From NCBI GenBank assembly GCA_011835815.1, contig GCA_011835815.1_3615.1: a DNA stretch of 64,000 nucleotides, one strand, 5' to 3'. Under the pieces are notes generated by a model. It had not been told where the DNA came from, searched no databases, and saw only the letters and a list, made by a program, of their open reading frames with translations. This stretch comes from a phage. How positions within the stretch are numbered: position 1 is the stretch's first letter; each line of letters starts with the position of its first letter. Shown here piece after piece: positions 17,713 through 25,398 of this stretch. The translations under genes and the position numbers were made by a program.

Positions 17713-17996
17713 TTTCTAGTCCTCTTCTTAGATTTTTGGGGAGAAACGCTTTCTGCAATACGAGACAGACGTTCTTCTGAAGCCTTACCTACTCCAGGTT
17801 TTTTGAGTGGATTATCTTTATGACCACAATCCAACTGGATATTGGATACCTCTCCAACTTTGTAAGTCAATTCTAGCAAAAGGTTGTCGTCCTTGTCAAA
17901 TGTTTTTACGATAAATTTTTTATCGTTCTCCTGAACTTCATATCTGGTACCTGCAGTATACAGCATGGTGCCATCAGCATAGGATATCCAGATCAT
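17709..17996 (-). CDS. hypothetical protein
   Basis: 95-aa ORF with basic C-terminus. Confidence 0.5.
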   Translation of the reverse strand: MIWISYADGTMLYTAGTRYEVQENDKKFIVKTFDKDDNLLLELTYKVGEVSNIQLDCGHKDNPLKKPGVGKASEERLSRIAESVSPQKSKKRTRK

Positions 17997-18340
17997 TGAG
18001 CCTCCTTTTGCTGCAACAGCATTAACTCTTTGTTAGAGATCTTTACTGCTGTTTTTATTGTTCCATCTTCACGAAACCACGACCAGAACTCTACAGTGTC
18101 ACCACTATCAAGTAAAGCATGCCCATGGTAAAAATCTTTGTCCTTAGACAGTTTCTCATCTATATCTGCATCAACACATTCGTGATCCATAGCATTTTGC
18201 CTGAACGCATCGGTTATGCCAATGCACGCCTTGCTCTCAAGACTGGTATATCCGATATCTTTTAATTCAGTTTCCCAAGTCCAGTACCCTATAAAAGCTA
18301 AAACAGCTACCCACAGTAATAACGTTTTAATCTTTGGCAT
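17993..18340 (-). CDS. membrane-anchored or secreted protein
   Basis: 115 aa; N-terminal hydrophobic segment LLLWVAVLAFIGYWTW. Confidence 0.5.
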   Translation of the reverse strand: MPKIKTLLLWVAVLAFIGYWTWETELKDIGYTSLESKACIGITDAFRQNAMDHECVDADIDEKLSKDKDFYHGHALLDSGDTVEFWSWFREDGTIKTAVKISNKELMLLQQKEAQ

Positions 18341-18402
18341 TCTCTCTACCTCTTTCTTAGTTTATTTCACTATGGCACATCCTTTGTGCCATATCTCAAC
18401 TA

Positions 18403-18873
18403 CTACTTAAATAGTAGTTCAAAATAGTGCAAAATTAACAGAAGTTGAACTACACCTAGTGCAACGGCGAGTATGTTAATCTTAGAATCGAAAAACTTCT
18501 TAACTTTTACTCTAAAAGGTTCCTTAATGTCCTTTACGATCCTATCTATAGATGACCTCATATCTCTGATTACCATCCTGAACATTAAAGACGGATGCTC
18601 CCCCATCTCTGTAACGGAATCGAAAACATACTCTCTTCGGTCATAAGGGCCGCCAGCTCTGCGTATTAACCTCTCCACAGAGACCTCGAACGTCACACCT
18701 GTAACGTAATCATCTATAACAAGTCGTGACGGGTCTTTACCTTTACTATCAAGAGGTATCAAAGTTATCTTTCCAGATTTTGTTAAAATTTCCCCTTTTT
18801 CAAGCAAGGTGTACCAATGCTCTCTGCCAAGACTGTTGAGGCACGTTTTTACATATTTAACAAACATCGTCAC
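18403..18873 (-). CDS. hypothetical protein
   Basis: 156 aa; C-terminal hydrophobic segment. Confidence 0.5.
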   Translation of the reverse strand: MTMFVKYVKTCLNSLGREHWYTLLEKGEILTKSGKITLIPLDSKGKDPSRLVIDDYVTGVTFEVSVERLIRRAGGPYDRREYVFDSVTEMGEHPSLMFRMVIRDMRSSIDRIVKDIKEPFRVKVKKFFDSKINILAVALGVVQLLLILHYFELLFK

Positions 18874-19055
18874 CCCTCATCGCACGTCTGATATAACCAC
18901 TCTATAAAATCTTGATACCATTCGCCCTCTGAGCGCTCCGTAGGCCAATAATCTTCACCCTCTCGTGCATTAAAATCTGAGTATTCAACTTTCCACTCCT
19001 TTACCAGCTCGTGGAGAAGGTTTTCAGCCTGCTCTAAAGATTTATTTTTTACCAT
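18870..19055 (-). CDS. hypothetical small acidic protein
   Basis: Start moved to ATG at 19055 with AAGGAG SD (track uses TTG at 19073); Trp/Glu-rich. Confidence 0.45.
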   Translation of the reverse strand: MVKNKSLEQAENLLHELVKEWKVEYSDFNAREGEDYWPTERSEGEWYQDFIEWLYQTCDEG

Positions 19056-19274
19056 TGCTGTCTCCTTTTTCAAGATAGTTATACATCAGAACTGCACCAC
19101 CTAAGATGGCTACCAGTAACAATATCCCAGATAGCATCTCAATAAACATGGCTTGAAACACTGGAAGGTCTCCCTAAATTAACGCACCATTTTAAATACA
19201 TGCTCTTTTCCCATAAAGGTGCCTGGCTAAGATCTGCGTAGAACGCAATCTCTTTAAGAACAGTATAGATAGTT

Positions 19275-19502
19275 TTAGGTGCGGTCTCCATCCCTACTCT
19301 CCTTCCTGATATTCTTGTAGTAATCAACTAGGCACATTATTACGATGAAGATAACAACAGGCCAAAAAGGTGCAGCAGTGATGATGGTGATAAAATCATC
19401 AAACTTCACCCTTCGTCTGGACACGATGCATACACCTGTCAAGAATACCGCTGTTATAACGGACATTACCAGGTAACCTATTAGCACAACATTTATACTC
19501 AT
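19275..19502 (-). CDS. small membrane protein
   Basis: Start moved to in-frame ATG at 19502 with AAGGGGAGG SD; two hydrophobic helices. Confidence 0.45.
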   Translation of the reverse strand: MSINVVLIGYLVMSVITAVFLTGVCIVSRRRVKFDDFITIITAAPFWPVVIFIVIMCLVDYYKNIRKESRDGDRT

Positions 19503-19533
19503 TGGTCCTCCCCTTTGTAGGTTAAATTGTATA

Positions 19534-20067
19534 CTACAAATGGTCGCTGAGGGTGTCAAGAAAATTATCCCGTTCTTTCTCAGAGTTTTCATGTGTGTAG
19601 CTGAAAAACATATCGAGAATAACCTTATTGATATATTCCAGCTCCTCTGTGTTCAGATGCTTAGCAGGATCTACAATGACATCCCAAATATCATACAGAC
19701 CACACTCATGATACCCATAACGCCACTCAATTGTCAAGCTGAGCGGCAAATCTTTACCTTCACAAACAACCTTCCATCTACATATGTTGGTATCTGGTCG
19801 TACCTGTGCACGGTACACCTGCACAAAATCCAATTTGAATTTGAGGTACTCGTCATACAATTTAAGCACAAAGCTCTCGATTTGTGGAGACACTTTTGCA
19901 GCAAACTGTGCGTATTTGTACTTGCACTGGATGATCTTTCTGCGTTTTGCAGTTAAATTTTTTGCCGCCAGTTGTTCTTCAGTGTATCTCCACCTACGAT
20001 CAACAAACGCAACAGGGTCTTTGTCCCCATAGAGGTCTTCCCAGTTAATCAGAAGCATACCTGTCAC
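19534..20067 (-). CDS. hypothetical protein
   Basis: 177 aa; GTG start; Trp/Tyr-rich. Confidence 0.5.
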   Translation of the reverse strand: MTGMLLINWEDLYGDKDPVAFVDRRWRYTEEQLAAKNLTAKRRKIIQCKYKYAQFAAKVSPQIESFVLKLYDEYLKFKLDFVQVYRAQVRPDTNICRWKVVCEGKDLPLSLTIEWRYGYHECGLYDIWDVIVDPAKHLNTEELEYINKVILDMFFSYTHENSEKERDNFLDTLSDHL

Positions 20068-20297
20068 TCCTCCACAACTCCAAGGCCTTTACCGCCTCGC
20101 TCTGGCAGATTACTTAAAGATAGGTAATACATATAATCAGGAGAGATCCTGCCAGACTCTGCACCTGCAGCTAGTAAATCCTTCCCTTTAACCAGGACAA
20201 CATTCTCGTTTGCAGATAGCCGTTTTGCTTCCACAATTTTACCAACACAGTCAACCAAGGAAGGGTACCCTAAATCTGTAAGAAATTTAACTTTCAT
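20064..20297 (-). CDS. hypothetical protein, paralog family A
   Basis: 77 aa; MKVKFLTD start and VVLVKGKDLLAAGA motif. Confidence 0.55.
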   Translation of the reverse strand: MKVKFLTDLGYPSLVDCVGKIVEAKRLSANENVVLVKGKDLLAAGAESGRISPDYMYYLSLSNLPERGGKGLGVVEE

Positions 20298-20334
20298 GCT
20301 ACCTCCTACCTACCGTCCCTGGTAAGATAAATTA

Positions 20335-20733
20335 TTACTGAACAGAGCGCGGTGCTGGGAAGGATAACTCTTCTAAAGAGAAGATTTCATTTCCTACCAC
20401 CCAAGTTGCTGGGTCATCTGGATCAACAGGTTGGATAATCATTACTTCATCCGCCTCGCACACACGTTTCCCACCCATAGTAGCGTCAGCCACTAACATA
20501 CGCGGCTCTTCAGAAATGCACAGGTAGCCACCTCGGCCCACTGTTCCTTCCACGGGATCCTGCCCTTTGACCACAATGAATACCTTCTCTCCTGTGGAGA
20601 TATTACTTTTCACACTAACAGTTTGACCAACTTTAGATGTACCGATCTTGGTGGCTTCAAACATTAAATCCCGAATTACTGTTGCATAGTTGCCGGACAC
20701 TTTCTTACCTTCTTTAGTAATCTCAATCTTCAT
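20335..20733 (-). CDS. hypothetical protein (paralog array, KVFIVVKGQD motif)
   Basis: 132 aa; MKIEITK start. Confidence 0.5.
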   Translation of the reverse strand: MKIEITKEGKKVSGNYATVIRDLMFEATKIGTSKVGQTVSVKSNISTGEKVFIVVKGQDPVEGTVGRGGYLCISEEPRMLVADATMGGKRVCEADEVMIIQPVDPDDPATWVVGNEIFSLEELSFPAPRSVQ

Positions 20734-21005
20734 AATCTAGGCTCCTTAAATGAATCTATGTAATCAATTAAATCCCAAGCATCGCGATGGGCTGTCAGAG
20801 GGTATACTTCTCCGAGAGGGATCATAGCAATAAGTCTATCAAAAACCCAGTCTGGACGCAACATTTTATGGTGATATTCCCACTCACCTTCCACAGATTT
20901 TTTCTGAGTGATCAGGATCTCTGTGTAGTGTTTCGCCTGTCTTGAGTAGATTGAAAATGACTTGTACATAAATGACCCCCTCTTGTTGAAAACAACAATA
21001 CACAA
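20730..21005 (-). CDS. hypothetical protein
   Basis: 91-aa ORF, coupled. Confidence 0.5.
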   Translation of the reverse strand: MCIVVFNKRGSFMYKSFSIYSRQAKHYTEILITQKKSVEGEWEYHHKMLRPDWVFDRLIAMIPLGEVYPLTAHRDAWDLIDYIDSFKEPRL

Positions 21006-21320
21006 CTACCAGGTTACTGTCAAGTAGGCAACCGTATTATTTTTCTCTGGGGAGATGCCAACAACATCTACCTGCAGACCTCCTGCCCTTAAATCTCCAA
21101 CAATGTGCGGGAAGTAATCTGAGAGATGCGAGGGTAGATTTATCGAAAATCCGCACCCCAGAAAGCCTGCTAACGCTTTATTTTGTATCTCCCCTACAAT
21201 CGCATCATAAATGGAGTTAAGCTCGTCAGGGAGCGTTACAGGGCGTTTTAGCGCTAGCTGGTGTAATTTGTCCTTAGCACTCATTTTCATTTCAGGTCTA
21301 CCTCTGGGGGTGCCAACCAC
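21006..21320 (-). CDS. hypothetical protein
   Basis: 104-aa ORF. Confidence 0.5.
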   Translation of the reverse strand: MVGTPRGRPEMKMSAKDKLHQLALKRPVTLPDELNSIYDAIVGEIQNKALAGFLGCGFSINLPSHLSDYFPHIVGDLRAGGLQVDVVGISPEKNNTVAYLTVTW

Positions 21321-21820
21321 ATAAACGGCGGCAAGTCTAAACGGTTTTTCTTATCCCACACAAAATATGCATATGCTTGCCCGTCAGTTCTGCCGTTTGA
21401 TTGAAATGATGGACGCTTAGATATTGTGATCACAGTAGTAGGTGCATTATCAAGCCACCATTCAAATCTGGCTTTGCTTTCCAGAAAATTAAGACGCAAA
21501 AGCATAATAACTACGTCAGCATCTTTCAACGCCTTGTCTACAAACTCACGAGCCAGGCTGTATGGTGGGTTGGTGATAATACAGTCAACATGGTTGTATT
21601 CTGTATTCAGATAGTCAACACCTTCTTGTATTTCTCCCCATGCAGATCCTAACGGCATACGGGAGTAGAACACACCTGAGGCACTATTCCTGCAAGGCTC
21701 TAAGTAGGTCCAGTCTTCTGGGAACGGAATAAGGTCATACAGCCCTTCTGCACACCACTCCGGTGTCACATACTCATCGTAGGCGTTACGTTGTTCATCA
21801 GGTTTTCTAGCACAAGTCAT
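21287..21820 (-). CDS. DNA N6-adenine methyltransferase (small phage Dam-like type)
   Basis: 177 aa with DCIITNPPYS, the (D/N)PPY catalytic motif of amino-methyltransferases. Confidence 0.65.
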   Translation of the reverse strand: MTCARKPDEQRNAYDEYVTPEWCAEGLYDLIPFPEDWTYLEPCRNSASGVFYSRMPLGSAWGEIQEGVDYLNTEYNHVDCIITNPPYSLAREFVDKALKDADVVIMLLRLNFLESKARFEWWLDNAPTTVITISKRPSFQSNGRTDGQAYAYFVWDKKNRLDLPPFMWLAPPEVDLK

Positions 21821-21832
21821 GCAAATCTCCAG

Positions 21833-21859
21833 ATCATAAAAGCCCTCCGAAGAGGGCTT
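21833..21859 (-). terminator. rho-independent terminator (- strand)
   Basis: AGCCCTC-CGAA-GAGGGCT hairpin with U-run on the - strand transcript, just downstream of the ClpP-like gene. Confidence 0.6.
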
Positions 21860-21871
21860 TAGAATTAATGT

Positions 21872-22921
21872 TTAAGCTTCTTCGACAATTCCTGCACCCA
21901 GGATTTTTTCATTGAGCTCTTTTGCTGTTTTAATAATATTGTCCACCAGACGCTTGCGAGTCTTATCTTTCACCTTAACCTCTTCACCGCCGTTCAGAGT
22001 AGTCTTCAATTGAGACAGAATATCCTGAAGTTCAACGACAGAGAATCTCTGCAGATCTTCTGAAGTAATCTCACTCAGGGCAATTCTGACGGTCTCGCCA
22101 CTTTCCATCTGCAGATTCAGGAACACAGTGTGAACATCACCTTTCGAACCACCAGCTTTTGCAGATTCAACAGCATGAACTAACTCATCTAAAGATGTGC
22201 ACTGGTGAATCTCCGGAAGACCTGCTTCACCTAACACGCCTTCTTCATCACCTTTTGCCAGAAGCTTTTTCGGTTTTTGTCCGTTCTGGATGCGTTGTAT
22301 GTTGCCTTCATCCAGAATAATAGCTCCAGTGCGTGCTGCCAGCTCTTCTCCGTCCAACCACACTTCGCCACCAGCTGTGATGGATGCGATCTCATCTTCT
22401 GTCAGCACCCCACCGTAGTATTTTTCGATCAGGCGTTCAAAACGTTTTTTCCAGTAGCTGACCTGAGTATTCATGTTCACACCGTTACCATAAGTGCCAC
22501 CTTGATAGTAGTGGAACATAAACTCTGTGTCCGGAGCCACAGTACGTTCTTTACAACCAAGCCATAAGATTGTTCCAGCAGAGCAGCACATCCCTTCAGC
22601 ATGTGCAACAACGCTTGCCTGAGACTCTCGGAATGCCTGCAGATAAGCCATTGCAATGTGCACGCAACCCCCAGGGCTATTGATGATCACCCGAATGCTT
22701 TCTTCCGGCTGAGCCATACGGATCGTCTGCAGACGAGACATATGATCTTGTAAGTCTTCCAAATCGTCGATATAAAGAACGTGGTCAACAACAGGTGTTG
22801 GGTAGCTGTATGTTTCCATGATACCGCCTGGCATACCAAACATTTTATTACTCATAGGTTCGAAACCGTTCTGTTTTTCTTTCATGCCGTGTACCATGGT
22901 GCTGCGAGGTGTTAAATTCAT
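21872..22921 (-). CDS. ClpP-family (S14) serine peptidase with C-terminal extension
   Basis: 349 aa; IRVIINSPGGCVHIAMAYL and GMCCSAGTIL match the ClpP INSPGG and active-site Ser regions; His in MFHYYQGG; about 170 aa extra charged C-terminus. Confidence 0.75.
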   Translation of the reverse strand: MNLTPRSTMVHGMKEKQNGFEPMSNKMFGMPGGIMETYSYPTPVVDHVLYIDDLEDLQDHMSRLQTIRMAQPEESIRVIINSPGGCVHIAMAYLQAFRESQASVVAHAEGMCCSAGTILWLGCKERTVAPDTEFMFHYYQGGTYGNGVNMNTQVSYWKKRFERLIEKYYGGVLTEDEIASITAGGEVWLDGEELAARTGAIILDEGNIQRIQNGQKPKKLLAKGDEEGVLGEAGLPEIHQCTSLDELVHAVESAKAGGSKGDVHTVFLNLQMESGETVRIALSEITSEDLQRFSVVELQDILSQLKTTLNGGEEVKVKDKTRKRLVDNIIKTAKELNEKILGAGIVEEA

Positions 22922-22981
22922 GAGAAATCCTTAATATTGGAAGTTGAAAGCTATTTATTTAAACCTGATTCACATTTACCT

Positions 22982-23293
22982 TTATTTAGCAATCACTATG
23001 GAATACTTACGATTGTCAGAAGCATCACAGCTCAATGATTGCCAGTCTACCACATACCACGTATCATTGTCAACAATTACTTTATCGCCTGTTCTGTAGC
23101 AGGTGCTGCTTTCAATAATCCGAGACTCGATAAAGAATCTGTGTCGGCGCTCACGTAGCAACGCTAAGTTGATTATATTACCACCACTGTCCTTGATCCA
23201 CACATTCTTGGATCCTTTATTTGCCAAAATTGTCTCGCCGTTATAGACAAACAGGCAGTATATTTTATTCAGTCTCTCTTGTATTGTAGCCAT
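22982..23293 (-). CDS. hypothetical protein
   Basis: 103-aa ORF; TTGACA-N17-TATTAT promoter on - strand just upstream. Confidence 0.5.
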   Translation of the reverse strand: MATIQERLNKIYCLFVYNGETILANKGSKNVWIKDSGGNIINLALLRERRHRFFIESRIIESSTCYRTGDKVIVDNDTWYVVDWQSLSCDASDNRKYSIVIAK

Positions 23294-23323
23294 ACTATCT
23301 CCTTCTCCTTGTCTTGTCCGATA

Positions 23324-23352
23324 ATAATATCTAAAGCTTACCTGTTTGTCAA
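23324..23352 (-). promoter_or_regulatory. sigma70-like promoter (- strand)
   Basis: Reverse complement reads TTGACA-N17-TATTAT, upstream of 22982-23293. Confidence 0.45.
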
Positions 23353-23396
23353 CAACTGTTTTAGATATTTAAGGGTGGAATAACCACCCTTCTGTA

Positions 23397-24185
23397 TTAC
23401 TCGGAAACAGGGGTCCAAATATGATTTGCACGATCCTCAATAAGATTGAGTGCAATCTGACGACCCAACCCGGAACGAACAACATCGTCTGGACTATCAA
23501 AGCTGATCATTCCAACCTCAGGGTCTGGATGACGAGTAAAGAAATCCGTCACCCATGCAAGGCCAGATTTACCAGGGATGTCACGTTGGCTATTATCGCC
23601 CATAATTACAAGGGTGGCCTGATCAGAGATCCTTGTGATAATTGACAACATTTCTTCAGGGTTAGTTTGCTGTGCCTCGTCAATCAGGACAAAGCATCGC
23701 TCATCGAAACTACGACCACGAATGCTTTCAACCTCACAAATCTCGATACGGCTGTTCTGACCGTCTCCCAGCATTGCGGCAAAAGCACCTTTGCCAACAC
23801 GACGACAAATCGTGTCCATCATGCTTCGAAGATAGGGCCACAGTTTCTGCATTGCATTTCCAGGTTTAAATCCTGAAGTCTTTCCTGTCTGAACGTAAGG
23901 ACGTGCAACAATGATCTTATCAATCTCGTTCTTACGCAGAAGATCACCTGCATATGCAGATGCCATGAATGTCTTACCGGATCCAAACACACCGTTTACA
24001 ATGATAATCTTACGTGACCCTAGATAATCAAGATACTTTTGCTGCTTCTTATTCATTGGTCGGAGAGCTGGAGCGGTGTGCTCTCTTTCGTCAGCAAATT
24101 TCTCAGCAGCCTTGCGCAGGCGATCAGATTTGCGAGCCTCTCTAGCTTCATCACGCATGCGTTTTGTTTCTTTAGCTCGACCCAT
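23397..24185 (-). CDS. phoH: PhoH-like ATPase
   Basis: 262 aa; Walker A GVFGSGKTF and Walker B VLIDEAQ in PhoH-typical context. Confidence 0.8.
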   Translation of the reverse strand: MGRAKETKRMRDEAREARKSDRLRKAAEKFADEREHTAPALRPMNKKQQKYLDYLGSRKIIIVNGVFGSGKTFMASAYAGDLLRKNEIDKIIVARPYVQTGKTSGFKPGNAMQKLWPYLRSMMDTICRRVGKGAFAAMLGDGQNSRIEICEVESIRGRSFDERCFVLIDEAQQTNPEEMLSIITRISDQATLVIMGDNSQRDIPGKSGLAWVTDFFTRHPDPEVGMISFDSPDDVVRSGLGRQIALNLIEDRANHIWTPVSE

Positions 24186-24223
24186 GTTGGGACTCCTTTC
24201 AGATTGAGATGTGCCAAGTACTT

Positions 24224-24574
24224 TTACTGCAACAGTTTTTCAATAGCCGCTTCCATGCTGCTTGCAACAGCCTGAACTCGGATATTCATCTCTTCTTGGT
24301 GGATCAGCTCCTTAAGCTCTTTAATGGTAAATTCTTTAGAGAAACCTTCCACCATAATCTTGTGTAAGGCTTCTTGCGTATCTACTTGCAAGAACTTTTC
24401 CAGTTTGTTGGCAGAGGCTTCTAAATCAGCCCGAATGCGAGGGTCATCTGTGCGATTCAGCATTAGGCGTAAGCCATCAAGATTAGTAGAAATAGCGTCT
24501 GCATGTTGAGTAACTAACCGTGGCAAAATGAGATCTACAAACTTATTAGCCAAATCGATACGTTCTTGTGTCAC
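24224..24574 (-). CDS. hypothetical protein
   Basis: 116-aa ORF; GTG start overlapped by upstream small ORF stop. Confidence 0.5.
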   Translation of the reverse strand: MTQERIDLANKFVDLILPRLVTQHADAISTNLDGLRLMLNRTDDPRIRADLEASANKLEKFLQVDTQEALHKIMVEGFSKEFTIKELKELIHQEEMNIRVQAVASSMEAAIEKLLQ

Positions 24575-24684
24575 TGTTGCACCCCCTCTTCATCCTCATG
24601 ATGTTTCTTTTCACGCTTGTGTTTTTTCTTGAGCTCAAGCGCAATTTCTTTTTTGTACGCCTTCTTCAAGGCTTTTTTAGCCAT
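24571..24684 (-). CDS. small lysine-rich basic peptide (37 aa)
   Basis: Hand-translated MAKKALKKAYKKEIALELKKKHKREKKHHEDEEGVQQ; GGAGGTG SD; stop overlaps next start. Confidence 0.35.
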   Translation of the reverse strand: MAKKALKKAYKKEIALELKKKHKREKKHHEDEEGVQQ

Positions 24685-24748
24685 TTGGCACCTCCTCTGC
24701 TTTCATTTTACGATAATTATACCTATCTAAACAAAGCTTTGTCAACAG

Positions 24749-25222
24749 CTAGTCTACCTGAACCCAACCGCCTGATACTTTTTTAAACATTCTTTGGTTA
24801 TCACTGCCTCGGAACGGTTTCTTGGTTGGTAAATCTTTTACATACTTACCGTCAATGATGATATCAGCCAGTTTAAGAACATCACTAGAGATATGGTCAA
24901 ATGTGAACCCAGTATATACAAGAATAGTTTTCTTGTCACCAAATTTTTCCTTAATTTTCTCCATCAGGCTAATAATATCTGGCTCATTATAGTATGCTAA
25001 GGGTTCTCCACCCAGCAGAGAGATACCGCACACAGACGGGTTATCTAAATCTGACAAGATTTTTTGCAAGTCTTCTTCAGTAAACTCTCTCCCCTTATCT
25101 TTTGACCAAAATGCCTGATTAAAGCAACCAGGGCAAGCGTGTGGGCACCCAGATACCCATAAGGCAGTTCTAATACCTGGCCCTTCGGTGTAAGATATTT
25201 CTGTGTATCCGGCAATATTCAT
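24749..25222 (-). CDS. nrdG: anaerobic ribonucleotide reductase activating protein (radical SAM)
   Basis: 157 aa; GCPHACPGCFN radical-SAM cysteine motif; adjacent to nrdD. Confidence 0.8.
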   Translation of the reverse strand: MNIAGYTEISYTEGPGIRTALWVSGCPHACPGCFNQAFWSKDKGREFTEEDLQKILSDLDNPSVCGISLLGGEPLAYYNEPDIISLMEKIKEKFGDKKTILVYTGFTFDHISSDVLKLADIIIDGKYVKDLPTKKPFRGSDNQRMFKKVSGGWVQVD

Positions 25223-25335
25223 AGATACTCCGCATCACATTTAGGGCAATGCCAAATAAAATCGTCCAGTGCCTTGCACCAACGAAGATTGCAACGACAA
25301 CCACACTTGCAAATTTTATAAATACCTGTAGACAT
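25219..25335 (-). CDS. small Cys-rich peptide (38 aa, 7 Cys), putative zinc-binding
   Basis: Hand-translated MSTGIYKICKCGCRCNLRWCKALDDFIWHCPKCDAEYL; perfect AGGAGG SD; stop overlaps nrdG start (ATGA); lies between nrdD and nrdG. Confidence 0.5.
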   Translation of the reverse strand: MSTGIYKICKCGCRCNLRWCKALDDFIWHCPKCDAEYL

Positions 25336-25398
25336 ACTGTACCTCCTAGCTCACTGTGTGTCAATAATATGCCACATCCTTGTGGCTTTTGTCAAGTA

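Noticed and set aside
19540-19956. 138-aa plus-strand ORF antisense to the 19534-20067 gene
   Set aside because: Fully embedded antisense to a better-supported minus-strand gene within a uniformly minus-strand block; shadow ORF.
22277-22567. 96-aa plus-strand ORF inside the ClpP-like gene
   Set aside because: Antisense shadow of a gene with clear protease motifs.
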